NCBI GenBank assembly: GCA_012295275.1
Contig: CM022671.1
Location: forward strand, 29,946,001-30,010,000
Reading direction: 5' to 3'
DNA: 64,000 nt
Origin: Chrysomallon squamiferum
Taxonomy: Eukaryota; Animalia; Mollusca
The notes under the pieces are model-generated. The model was not told the origin of the DNA, searched no databases, and was given only the letters and a program-made list of their open reading frames with translations. The stretch's first letter is position 1; the number at the start of each line of letters is the position of its first letter. Of the stretch, positions 13,842 to 27,080 are shown piece after piece. Both the position numbers and the translations under genes were made by a program.

Positions 13842-14689
13842 TAGTATAGTGTAGCGGTTTATATTATTATTATTATTATTATTATTACACTTATTATAAG
13901 TATATACACATTGAGCCATTTACACATTAGAAAGAAAAAAAAAAAAAAAAAAAGAATGAAAGAAAACACACTGGACAGATATATAGCTAAATATTTCAAA
14001 TGCCGAGTACAAAGGTCATTGTAGGATAAACGTTAAACGAGATTTATATCTTTCTAGTTAATTTCGAATATGTCCGTTTATTATATAGTATAATTTTAAA
14101 ATCAATATCCGACTTGTGTACATTGTCCATAATTGTGTGTGTGGAAATAAAAATAGAATAGAATAAAATAAATGAAATAATAAAAATAATAAAGAGAATA
14201 ATAAGTTGAACAAATTTCTTCTTTTTTTCTTCTTTTTTTCCCCCAACCTTTTATTCTTTTCTTCTGACGTTAAGTTTTAAATAATGATTGCGGGTTTAAA
14301 CTTAACAAATAAATGCGCTAAATGTGTTGACTCTGGCTTAACTTGATCGTTTACTGTGATAACAACAGCTGTAACATGAGTGATAGTGAGAAGGGTCGAC
14401 CATTGTTATTCAGTGGGATTTTTTGTCTTGCTGCTTTTTCCCCCCTTCTTCTAGTGCACTGATTTTAGAAAATTAAATGTACAGTATAAAGGAGCAGCAG
14501 CAACAACGATAACAACATCAACAGTAGTAATAATAAATTAACATCAGTAATATTTTTAATAATCACATAATTAACAGACAAAAAGTGGAAAAATGAAAAA
14601 AAAAAAGGGCAGTGGAAATGGAAAATGAAAAAAAAAAAAAAATAAAAAAAATAATAAAAAAAAAATAAAAAAAAAAAGAAGAAGAAGGT

Positions 14690-14700
14690 TAAAAAAAAAG
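14690..14700 (-). terminator. Pol III oligo-T terminator of the first tRNA-Tyr
   Basis: The A9 run on + reads as T9 on -, 2 nt after the discriminator base. Confidence 0.8.
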
Positions 14701-14701
14701 T

Positions 14702-14789
14702 TCCCGCGAACCGGATTCGAACCGGTGACCTAAGGATAGCTTTGAACAACCTCTACAGTCCTCCGCTCTACCAACTGAGCTATCACGGG
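14702..14789 (-). tRNA. tRNA-Tyr(GTA) with 15-nt intron (14738-14752)
   Basis: Reverse complement is CCCGTGA TAGCTCAGTTGGTAGAGC GGAGGA CTGTAG [AGGTTGTTCAAAGCT] ATCCTT AGGTC ACCGG TTCGAAT CCGGT TCGCGGG A. Full cloverleaf, intron at the canonical 37/38 position, C1:G72 and A73 Tyr identity elements, oligo-T Pol III terminator immediately downstream. Confidence 0.96.
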
Positions 14790-15324
14790 ATCGCCACCAT
14801 TCTCGAAATTATCGTAGTTACTGGAGTTGTGATACAAACTGAGCAGTTGTTTCTATATTTAGCACCGATCGATAAATGAAGCTTCGTAAGCTTCTAATCA
14901 TTAAATATTCCGAAGACGGTTGGAAGCTTCTAGAAAAGTTATACTTATTTAATTTTCTGAAATTAAACATATAGCACTATTCTGATATGTGCTAATAGTT
15001 TTTGTTATGAAGAAAGACATTTTTTTATTAGGATGCCCCCCATTATGTTAATTTTTTCTTTTCCCCAGAAAGTAGCTTAATGCTGAGTAATTCATTATTT
15101 TCTAAAATTTCAGTCCCTTTATGATCAAATAAAATAAAACTTTCTTGTTATACATTGTGGAGTAAATATTTTAGCTACAAATGATATTACATTCTGTGTT
15201 ATAAATATCCCTCCCAAGTTTAAAAAAAACAAAACAAAAAAACATGAAATAAAAAATAAAATAAACAATAAATAAAAATAAAGTTAAATAAATAAATAAA
15301 TAAGTAATAAAATGCAAGATAAAA

Positions 15325-15379
<55 letters not shown>

Positions 15380-15398
15380 ACCATCAACAAAGAATAAA

Positions 15399-15448
<50 letters not shown>

Positions 15449-15480
15449 GATAATAATAATAATAAAAACAAAAACTTATG

Positions 15481-15568
15481 TCCCGCGAACCGGATTCGAA
15501 CCAGTGACCTAAGGATCGCTTTGATATACCACTACAGTCCTCCGCTCTACCAACTGAGCTATCACGGG
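15481..15568 (-). tRNA. tRNA-Tyr(GTA) with 15-nt intron (15517-15531)
   Basis: Same mature sequence as the 14702 copy except one T-stem change (ACTGG, giving a G:U pair). Intron is TGGTATATCAAAGCG. T5 terminator lies 6 nt downstream. Confidence 0.96.
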
Positions 15569-15840
15569 TCGATAATTCAAAATGAATTTAATGGATGAAG
15601 TTTCTTAGCATCTTTGTTTGACTGAATTACGCAATTATACATTAGTCATTACAGCATTAGGTACGGCATAAATATTATTTTACAATCGGAGAACTTGAAA
15701 TACCAGAACAGTGTGTATTATTGTTGTTGTTGTTGTTATTATTATTATTATTATTATTATCGTATGAATATAATTAATTAATAAGAAATATCGTGTCTTG
15801 AAATCAAATCTTAAAAATAAATTTTTGATTAGAGAAAAGA

Positions 15841-15890
<50 letters not shown>

Positions 15891-16699
15891 TAAAAATAAT
15901 AAAAATAATATTAATAATAATAATAATAAATAAATAAATAAATAATAAAATGAATACTATATTTAAAATAATGATAAATAATAAACAAATATTAAAAATA
16001 TTAATTAAATTAAAGACTTGTAGAAAATAGAATAGATTATATGAATAATTCATAATCTTTCTATATATTTTTATACATCAATAAGGTTTTCTAAATGTTT
16101 TTGGGAGATAAATCTTGACGTCACCAATATTGCTTCGATTATCTCCCGTAGATCGTGTATCCTCTTACACAAACAAAAATCTTTTCTGATTCTTTTTTGC
16201 TTTTCTAGAAAGTTCTCTTCTGCATTTTGAAATCAGTTTTCTCTGTTATATTTGCTAAATGCAGTATCCAAACGTTTTTCTTTGCCCTGTTTCATATTAT
16301 AATGATCGGGTGTGTCTGTAAAAGGGGTGGAGAGTAAGTAAGTAGAAATATTACGTACATTCCGATGAAAAACATTCTAGAAAAATCTCACTGCTTTTGT
16401 GTTTAGTTTCTGTATCTGATATTATCATTCACTTCTGAATACCACTTTTCCAATACTATGCTGATCTTTTCAATATATATATATATTTTTTAAAGCAAAT
16501 TTGTTTTTATAAAATTTGTATAACCTTTACAAATTGTATTTTGTTATATATGCTGTTAAAACGAACGTACTGATATTATTATACCCATTAGGCCTATATG
16601 TTAGTATTGCGTTTTAAATCACACTGTAGATACTGCTGTTACTAATTATTACTTCTACTAATGCTGCTGGTACCACAACCACTACCACTTCCACTACTA

Positions 16700-16750
<51 letters not shown>

Positions 16751-19700
16751 CTGTTGTTGCTGCTTCTACTATTACTAGTACTATTACTGTTGCTGCTACT
16801 GCTTCTATTACTGTTTCTGTTACTACTAGTACTACTATTCGTACTTCAGTTTATGCTAATATTACCACTCCCTAATATTAAAAACTGGACATCTGAAATG
16901 TCTTCATGTCCCTTTAACCTTTTTATCCTTTCTTGCTTGATTTGTTCACAACAGCGAGGTCTATGATGTGGATAATGTCCAGTATGTAAGACGCGATAAA
17001 ACAGTACATGTTACAGTATAAGTCTTACTCCCCGGTGACCCTATAATCTGTACAAAAACAAATTGTTGGCCTATTTTCAAATAGTACGCAGGCACAAACC
17101 CACCCCACTCAACACACATAATAAGTCTTGTATAAAATACTGATTGAAATGTTAGGTTGATGTTGGGAAAGCAAAAAAGACGAGCATGATAAGAGAACGA
17201 ATGAATGAATATTTGCTTAACGAAACGGTCAGTGGATGACAAACATATATTTGTTTTTGAAAAGTGATGAAATTAGAGACGAAACCCTTGGCAATCATTT
17301 CACGATCAGCTGTTATTATTTAGCAGAAAGGTGTCTTGAATACGTACCTTCTCGTAGATCGAACAAAACATGAATGAAGTAAACGATGAATGTAGGCTTT
17401 CTTTTTTTTACAGTTTTAAGTTTTAGAGTTTTTGCAAAATCACAAGATAAATTGTTTATATAAAAAAGTATTAATATGGATAGAAATCTAAAATATTTAT
17501 ATAAACAAAGTTATTACAACAATTTTAAATGGATAAATAATAATTTAGAATGAGAGAGATTAAAATAAATAAATAAATAAAAACAAAACAAAATAAAAAT
17601 ATATATCGAATATAAAGCGAACTTTGGTTATATATTTGCCTTTTGAAACGATATAAATATATATATGTAGGTAGGTAGATATTTATATGTAAATAGATAT
17701 GCAGAAACAAATTAAATAAAATAACAAAATCATATTTAAAAAGATGTATATATATGTGAAGAGAGAAAAGAATTGCATAATCTTTTAGTACAGATATATG
17801 CTTTAAGACTGATTCAAGTTATGAAAACGACATTATGATACTGCTCAGGTCAAGTAACTGACTGCAATGCGCCAAAACCTGGGAGGAATTCACAGTTCGT
17901 TCCCCACGGCGACTGCGGAGATATGTTCGATATTACAGTGAACAAGTCATTCACCAAGATATTGCTTTATAATGGAGTTGGTAAAAGAAGTGACTATCAG
18001 CTGGCATTCACCGGGAACTGTGTTGACGGCTATCTAATACTCTGGCTGGCTAGACCCTTACGGTGTCAAAGAATTCAATAGTATCGGCTATACAAAAACA
18101 CTTTTTTACCCCATTCCATTGTTATGGAATATGGCATTTATTTATTTATTGTTATTATTATTATCTTCTTTTTTTTTTTCGTTTTTTTTTTCTTCCCCCT
18201 TTCAGCTTTCTAAACGTGACCTTTCCCAAGACGAGCTGTTGAATCGAAAATTAGACACAGAAATACATTTAACACGGACTTTGCATTGGTCATTATTAAC
18301 GCTTGGTCGCTTTTCAAATCTACCTCGCGTCGTTTCCCCCCATTCACTCTTTCATCCCGCCATCATCTTTGTTATTACTTTAATTTGTTTTCTTCATGAT
18401 GTACTCAGACGTGAACTTCGGTTACAGAATGTGACGCGTAATCCTATTTCAATAGCCACTGCAGAAGTCGTTGTTATGGCGTCGGCAGAACTGCATATCA
18501 ATAATAGTTACGATTGTCAACGTCGTCGGTAAGGCTATAGTGAAGAAATAAATGAAATGGATCGAAAGAAAAAAGAAAAAAGTTTTAACTCTTATAAACA
18601 CTTTTTTTTGTGTGTGTGTGTTTTTGAATATGGTGTACCATATTCAAGGTATGAAACACATTGCAATCAATAATACCTGATATCACATGAATTACAGAAA
18701 GTAATGGATTTTGAAGATCAGAGCTAATTTCGGTTATGACTATTTATAAAATATGTTTTAATCCATGTATTATTCTCAAATGTGATATTTGGATACTCCT
18801 CGGCAAAGGCTTAATACTTTTTGTTTTTTATTGTTTCTGTTTGTTTTTCACTTTGTTTTATTTGTATATACATTTATATCCTGGTAAAGCTGAAAATCAG
18901 ATCAGTCTCTCATAAATTATAATTTAGAAATACGAACTCACCCTAAGATGTGTCTTCTCTATATATGGTCATTGGCATCTTTATTTTAAGTTTTAACTAT
19001 CACCAACCCAAGCCTAACTAAAACAGATTACGCAATATCGAAGCTTATTTCATTCTTGTTACGTAGTAAAAATGTGTTTACGTACGGCAATAAACCTAGT
19101 TTAGGACTTTGTGACCTCTTGTGAACTTCGTTTCTTTTAAGAGTAGACCATTTTTATGTTTTTGGGGAAGATAAGAAAAGCGGTTTCTTCCGGCTTTACG
19201 CCTCTGTGTTTTTCACAGATCACTAAGTTTTATTCAGCCATGTTGTAGAACTCTTAATGTTGGGTTCTACGACTTCTTACGTTTGATACTTAAAATACTT
19301 ACACGTAAAGTTTTTAAGTGCAGAGTAAAGGGGGTGAGGGAGAAGAGTGTATTTTTTACAGGTTGCTGTAAAGTAAGGACATTTGATAGTGATCGTAAAA
19401 TTAATTAATATACGTTTAATTTTGAGTGGTGAAACAAATAAAAGGCCTTTTTCAAACTTACGGCATAACAGACTGAGCTAATTGACAAAACATTATAAAT
19501 CGTCATCTATCATATTTTTTTTCAAGTAATTTCTTTGATGCATGTGCATGTATAATATAATTACTTATTGTATATATAATAGCAATAATCACTGTTACAA
19601 TAGTTACTATAATACATGCATATATTAAAAGATACATTCATATGAACTCTTTAAATTAGTTAAAATAATAATATAAATACCATCTTTGATTAAAGTCATT

Positions 19701-20584
19701 TCATTAGGCCAGGAAATATCTTTTAAAAAGCTTCCATTATTTTAACCACCGGACGCTAAACAAACTAAAAGAGAGAAAAACAAAGAAAGTAAAAAAAAAG
19801 AAACACACGAGATATTTTTGTTTTTGGAGGATGACCGTACTGCTCTGACTTCGCGCACCCCAAACACTCGAGATCCATCTACTTACTGACATCTTTATTA
19901 ACGATCCGTGTCAGATAAAAAAAGAACCTTTCTCTCAACTTCACACAAAGTCGTAAACTTAATTTTGTCAACGATGCGTATCGATAATATTGCCTGTATG
20001 ACAAGTTGTACGATGTTGTTTTTTTTCTCTCAATGGAGCATGTTCGTCTCAGAGGAAGGCGATGACGCTATGAGTAAGCAGGAGAGGACGACAAGAAAAA
20101 AAGAGAAAAAAAAGGATATGAATGAATCAGCTTCGCACATGACTGTGTCAGCGAGTGACGGCCGCTAAATGCAGACGTCTTCTGGGTGAAGCGAAATCTT
20201 CCATCATGCAATCAAATTTACGAGCAGATTTTTGCTGGTAAATTGAGGCTGCAGTTGTAATGCACGGTTCTTTTTTGAAATGTACAAGAGTTTTACATTT
20301 GTGCATCCGATGAATTGTGTCAACATTTCTCTTTTTCTTCCTTGTTTGGTTTCTTTTGTTTACTGAGCAAATTTGTTTTTGTTTTCTTAAAGTTTATCTC
20401 TATTAGATTTTTTTTTTTTTTTTTTTTTTTTTGTATAAAATCATCATTTAACGTTTATTTTTATTTAATTCTTCCTTTTCTTTCTTTCTTTATCCTTTTT
20501 TTTTCTTGCTTTTGTTTTCTATTTCACTATATTCTTTAATGTTTTTTCTTTATCTTAAATATATTGCCTAACTTGTCGCATTGC

Positions 20585-20695
20585 TTGCTATATTAGTCTA
20601 TGGGTAGGTACATAAAACGATTCCTTGCTGCTAATCCATAACGACAATCAACCGTATGGTTCTTAACCATAATCCCACGCTAGTACATTAAAATT
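20585..20695 (+). mobile_element. Old SINE fragment, central (Nin/Deu-domain-like) core
   Basis: TGCTAT..GTCTATGGG..GGTACATAAAACGATTCCTTGCTGCTAATC...TGGTTCTTAACCATA resembles, from recall, the core of abundant mollusc tRNA-derived SINEs (GGTGCATATAAAAGATCCCTTGCTGCTAATC). It shares the 12-mer TCCTTGCTGCTA with the copy at 63175-63186 (-). Confidence 0.65.
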
Positions 20696-21512
20696 CTTTT
20701 CTTTTCTAAAAAAATATTTTCCTGTTGTTGTTTTTTTGTTTGTTTTTTTCCTTCTTTAATTATCCTTCCTTTTTTTGTATTTCTCTTTTCATGTTTAAAG
20801 ATAGTTCACCGTCTATTACACATTTACAGTTTAATATCTGAACTTTTTCATCCTGTTTGGTATAATAACCGTGAAAGTGAAAACGATCATTAGGGGTGCG
20901 CCTGATATTTCATGCTTTCATTTTCTTATTAACTTTTTATCACGATGCATATACTTCAATGTTTCTTTGAAAATAAAATAAAAACACTAAAAAAATAAAA
21001 AAAAAAAAAAAAGGAAAAGAAAAATGCATTTAAAACGGATATACTTTTGAAATTAGTGACAGCCCATTTGTCATAAAGATCACTTTGTTGTGCAGTCATT
21101 GTCAGCGATGGAATATTTTAAACATGACGTTTGTCATTTTCCTTCCATTGCCGATCGCTGCTGAAGGTACGACAAGGAGTCACTCTTTCGCCTATCGTTT
21201 TCGTTATGTTATTTTTACTTCTTTTCTTTCTTATTTTTTTAATTTCTTGTACAAGAAGGAGCGTCCGCTATGTTAATAAATTCATGAATAAAACTTAATA
21301 GCAATCGCTGTCCAAAGTTGAAAAATTGTGCTTCTTAGGTGTGACGGTTTTCTTTATCTTTTAACGTTTACGAAAACTAAAAAAATAATAAAAGAATCAT
21401 TAGGTGATAGGCTTGTTCCAAAACATGACCTCCACTTCCGATATGTTTGAACTGTAAAAGATCTGTCATTAAGATTGGTGACTCAAATTTGAGAATAATA
21501 ACGCGCAAAGCA

Positions 21513-21970
21513 AGGTGAATGTTCTAAAGCCCGAGGGTATGGCATTTAATAAAATCATTTTTAATGTTTCCCCAGAGGTCAGATCGTCAGACCGTGACTG
21601 TCAAAATGTCGGCCAGGATGAAATTATAATTTAATAAACAGGAATTTGTTTTTGAAACAGAATCTAGTTTCATCATCTTTTTCTTTATTCATAATGTTTT
21701 TTTTTTTGTTGTTTTTTTGGATGTTGTGATTCTTACCAATCTGCTTCTATCAACATCATCATTATCATTATAATTACCAACATCACATCATCATCATCAT
21801 CATCATCATCTTCATTGTTTTATCATCAAATTAGCCTCACGACAATGATAATTTGTAAGATGAGGTGAATGTTTTAAGACTCAGGGATGTGTCATTTAGA
21901 AGACAAAAACAAAAAATCATTTTTGTGATCGGCAGAGGTCAATGTTTTAGACCAAGTTAAATTAATAATT
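21513..21970. repeat. Diverged direct duplication (~110-120 bp; 21513-21632 and 21863-21970)
   Basis: Both copies read AGGTGAATGTT.TAA..C...AGGG.ATG..CATTTA...AAAATCATTTTT...CAGAGGTCA...T.AGACC...AAATT.ATAATT. Confidence 0.75.
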
Positions 21971-23522
21971 CAGAAGAAGAAAACATTCATTTTAAAGTAA
22001 AATTATTTATTTATCGTCAACACGACACTTATTTTTTATTGTTAATTCTTCTTCTTTTTCTTCTAGTCTTTCTTTTTTTTCTTTCCTTTTCTTCTTTTTC
22101 ATCTTTTTCATTTTCTTCTTGTTCTTGTTATTCTTCTTATTAATATTGTTGTTATTGTGTTCATAAATTAAATGGAGTGAAAATATATCACATAACCTCT
22201 GCACACACAAAATGGCTGTCTCACGAGTCTGGTGTTTTATTGGCATACTTTATTATTAGCAAAGAATAGCCGTCAATTTTACTTAAATCAGTCATTTGGA
22301 AAATTATATAAATACGAATTTTTTAGGCTGTTGTTTAACCTCTGTAGTAGATTTAAACAAATTACTACAACTACTAACAAAAAAATAATCATCATCGAGA
22401 ACGGCAGCAACTGCTAAACAACAGCAGCAGCAACAACACATTTCATCCAGTTTTGCTTTTCTGGTTCCTTTAAAATTACAGATCTGAACACAAGTTGACT
22501 GTCCTTATTATTAGTTATCTCGTCCGACGTCTCAGTGAACTCGCTGGATATTAATTCAGGATAGGACCCAGAAGCCATAACAGAAATCGTTTGAAGCTAA
22601 AAATTAATATCTGATCTTTATTCTGATACCGAAGTCTTCATATCAGTTAACAGTTATGATTTAATGATAAAGGTGCGGTCCCTGTAAACAGCATTTCACT
22701 AACGTGTCCGGGGTTAATGAAATTACCCGCACCCCTTTTAATTTGTGTCGGCTGAATATAACTGTGAGATGCTAGAGATATTTACGCATAATATTTAATG
22801 TATTTAAACACACTGTTCCGTACTGAAGACTAAATTATGTGGTATTTTAAGTTTCTTTGCTTTATGTTATTATCGCTTGTGTTAAGGCTTTTACTGCTGC
22901 TTCTTCTGCTAACATGGGACAACTGGCATTTAATGTTATGCATTTGTCCTGTACATTTAAAACACACATTAACATGCACGAACATAGACATACATGCTCA
23001 TGAAGACATTCACACGTGCACAAAACCTCTCAGATAAATGACCGTGCTTTGGAAATACTTTGACACGGGCAGTGAATGTAGATAACAGCAAAAATAACGT
23101 GGACTCTGTCAATAAACAGGATTTATGTTGTTACTGGTGGTCATTTCGAGTTAGAGATATGCACATCAAAGCAGGCCTGCAGGCCCGTTTTCGGCGATAT
23201 CTTACAATGCCCAAACGTCTTCTGTGCGAAATCGGAAAGCACAGTAAATTGCGAGTGGTATTTAATTCGGGACTGCACATTTCGAGTGACATCTTGTTAA
23301 CTGTTGACTGTTATGTTGCGGAAAAAGTAATGCGCTGATGGAATTTTTCAGTTAACGCATGAATTCCACTGAAAGGAAAAAGTAAAGGCAGTTGGGAACG
23401 GTTGTAGTATTAAAGAAAGAATTTTGGATCTGACTAAGAAGATGCGAGCGTGTATGTGTGTGTATGTATGTATGTATGTGGGTGTGTATGAGCGTGTACA
23501 TTTATTTGTGCACGTACATCTT

Positions 23523-23675
<153 letters not shown>

Positions 23676-24785
23676 ACCTCTTATAATTATGACCTATACA
23701 TGTTTTTGTATATCTATAAGATTGGCTGCGTGTATTTTTTTTGACATTGACTGACGTTCAGTATTTGTTTTTTTTGTTTTCTTGGGTGTTTATTTATTTT
23801 ATTTTTTTTCATAATTTAGTGTTACTTCCAAAAGACGAATTCCAGAAAGAAATAATCTTCAAGCAGGTAAATGGAGAAACTAATCCGTTCTAATCCGTTT
23901 AAATCCAAGTAGGATTTAACTTTAAATTTGGAAGACGGTCAAACGTTTTTTGTTCTTGTTCCGACTTTTTTTTTTTTTTTTTTTTTTTTACTATTAGAAA
24001 TAGAAAGATTAAAAAACATATATAAATATATATATATAAACAAATAAATAAAAAAAAATAAAAAACTGAATTTGGCATGTAAATATTGAGATATGTTATC
24101 TTACAGCACACTTTTTACGGACTGTTCTAGGAATACTGACGTTTGGGGATTTACTGAGGTAAAAAAAAAAAAATACAATTATTAAAAAATAAACAGTAAA
24201 AGTCAAATAAATTAAAATTACAAATAAAAATTTAAAAATTATAATAAATAAAAAAAATAAAATGAAACTATAAAAATGATAAAAGTGCTACAAAAAGCTG
24301 TCCAAAAAAAGAAAAAGAAATGAACATGTTTTATGTCAGGAAATGTAATAGAAAAAGTAAATAAGTAAAGATTTTTTGAGATGAAAAAAAGAAGAAAAAA
24401 GTTTGACAGTGTAAAATGGTTTCACATGATTTTAACTTGAGTCGGAAGGGTGATTTTTGTTGTTGTTGTTTAATTAAGGAATTTAGCAGTAAGATGAGTA
24501 GAAATCGTCAAAGTAATGTTAACATCAACAACAACAACAACAACATTAACAATAATAACGTATATCTGTATATGAAAATATTTTACAAATGTTCAAACAC
24601 ACGCGCACATACATATACATACACACATACACACATACACACACATACATACAAAGAAATATACACATGTACGTACATATATATATATACATATACATAC
24701 ATACATATACGCACACATATACATACATTCATACATACACACATACATACATACATACATACATACACACATACATACATACATA

Positions 24786-24960
24786 GGGTTGTTCGGTGGC
24801 CGAACCGTAATAAATCGTCCTCTTTCGGAGTGCGGGCGAATGGGCGTATAGGTTCGAGTCTCGTCAGCGGCATCTGACGGGCTTGTGAGGTCGTGATTGA
24901 ACTTTGTCCTCCTGCGCCAGGGCGTTATGTGCAGAGTCTAATCAGACGTACATAAGACAC
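24786..24960 (+). mobile_element. tRNA-derived SINE-like element inserted in a (TACA)n tract
   Basis: A-box-like GGTGGCCGAACCGT (24795-24808) and B-box GGTTCGAGTCT (24851-24861) with long spacing (Ser/Leu-type head). No clean cloverleaf or terminator. A GC-rich unique body follows; the 3' end is uncertain. Confidence 0.6.
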
Positions 24961-25433
24961 AGAATATATTCAAACTCCTAAAACTAAATACATACATACA
25001 TACATACATATATATACACAAACACACATACATATATACATACATATATATACACAAACACACATATATACATACATACATATATATACACAAACACACA
25101 TACATACAAAGAGGTAGGCCTACCACAGACACTCACACAAACACACATGCATGTAAAGTACGTACGTCTATAATAGAAGCATATGGTAACCTTCAGACTT
25201 ACCACAGCCAGGTGAGATCAGTGTGGGGGATATTACCTGTACCTGTGAGTCTGAAATAGACACAACATGATAATAATCTCAGTGGACGAGGTTTGTGTAC
25301 ACACTTGGAATGCTGTGTATCTAACAGAGAACGGATCACTTTTGTTTTCCGCCATTCGTTTCTGTGTGTGAAAACCAATACACAGACCAAACCAATACAC
25401 AGACCAGACCTAGACTGAGATATTAACAGTGGG

Positions 25434-25835
25434 AAGTAGCGATAGTGAGTGATAGAGATAGTAAGTGGTAAAGTAGAAATAGTGACTGATAAAGTGGAAA
25501 TGGTGACTGATAAAGTAGAGATAGTGAGTGATGAAGTAGAAATAGTAAGTGGTAAAGTAGAAATAGTGACTTATAAAGTGGAAATAGTGACTTATAAAGT
25601 GGAAATAGTGACTGATGAAGTAGAAATAGTGACTTATAAAGTAGAAATAGTGACTGATAAAGTAGACATAGTGACTGACAATGTAGCTGATAAAGTAGAA
25701 ATAGTAAATTATAAAGTAGACGTAGTGACTGATAAAGCAGAAATAGTGACTGATAAAGTGGACATAGTAACTGATAAAGTAGAAATAGTGACTGATAAAT
25801 TAGAAATAGTGACTTAGAAGTAGAAACAGTAGCTG
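25434..25835. repeat. 21-bp minisatellite, ~18 copies, consensus ATAGTGACTGATAAAGTAGAA
   Basis: Periodicity is directly visible and explains the spurious (VEIVTDK)n ORF at 25449-25817. Confidence 0.95.
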
Positions 25836-26426
25836 GAGTAAAAAAGGAATTACTGTCATCGTCAAATAAATAATATAATGTATTTGTATGTTATTCTATT
25901 TCTTTACATCTCTGTCTACCTGTGTGTATGTGTATGTAACGGGTTTATGTCCTTGTTCTTGTTTTCCTATATATCTATTATTTCTTTGCCAGTCAGTTAA
26001 TTTATTTATGTTTTGTTATTATTCATTCATTACTTGTTACAGATATTATGTTGATTACGTTGACGATAATGAAAAGTTAGAAATTACGTGTTCATGTATG
26101 TTCTTTGAGAAATTTTGGAGGATAGAAGAAAAAGATAATAAATTACATCAACCTATACCTGTATTATCCACTTAATTTTCAGACCTGTTACTGTTTCATT
26201 AACACTGGCTGATCTATCACGACATTATGTTAGTCGTAAGCACTTAGTAATCTTATTTAAATTAAAGAGAAGAATAGATAGGGGTGTTATGTATATGTAT
26301 GTGTATGTAAAAAAGATATAAATCCCCGGCCCCAAAACAACCAGCTAAGAAAAACAGTAATGATGTAAAAAAAAAAAAACCGGCAAAAACCACACACACC
26401 AAAAAACCAACAAGCTATAACAATAA

Positions 26427-26465
<39 letters not shown>

Positions 26466-26649
26466 ATATTTAATAAACAAAGAAACATAGAAACAAGCAT
26501 ATAAACAAACAAATAAATAAATAAATAAAGTAAAATAAAACAGTCAAACAAACAGACAAACAGACAAACAAATAAACGAATGAATGAATGAATAAATAAA
26601 CAAATAAATAAATAACATCACGCACTACTTTCATTTTTTTTTTTAACCA

Positions 26650-27080
26650 AACCCCACACAAAGGACCCGTTCTACTTTCAATCACCCACCCACGCACCCA
26701 CCCGCCCTTTACGTCAACGCGAAAACAACGACGACGACGAAGACGTCCCCACACCACCGTCCGGTCTGCCTCCCCACCCTTTTCACCGTCCTCGTATCCG
26801 TTCCCACAATACCGGTGGCATTAGTGTGTATTACGTGCCCATTCACTGCCGCACAACAATACACGCGGCGCTTGACACAGAGCTGTCTTTTCTCTCCTGT
26901 TTACCGCCGTCTCCGACTGGCTTCCTTGCCGTGTCAATCAACGCCTTCGAGCAATCACACATAACGCAGCGAGACTGTGGCAATTTACTGTCAAGCCTTT
27001 TCAGAAACGGTTTAAACCGAGTCATTCAGGTCTTGGGAGGTGAGCAGGTCCGATACAACGTCTTTAATACAGATATCGGC
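26650..27080 (+). promoter_or_regulatory. CpG/GC-rich island, candidate distal Wnt5 promoter
   Basis: One of the most GC-rich non-coding patches in the window, with a GC box CCCGCCC (26701), CACCC boxes and Inr-like CATTCA motifs. It lies just upstream of a perfect CAG|GTAAGT donor at 27370/27371. Confidence 0.55.

Noticed and set aside
25449-25817. 122-aa (VEIVTDK)n repeat protein
   Set aside because: It is a by-product of a 21-bp minisatellite, with a GTG start and no exon context.
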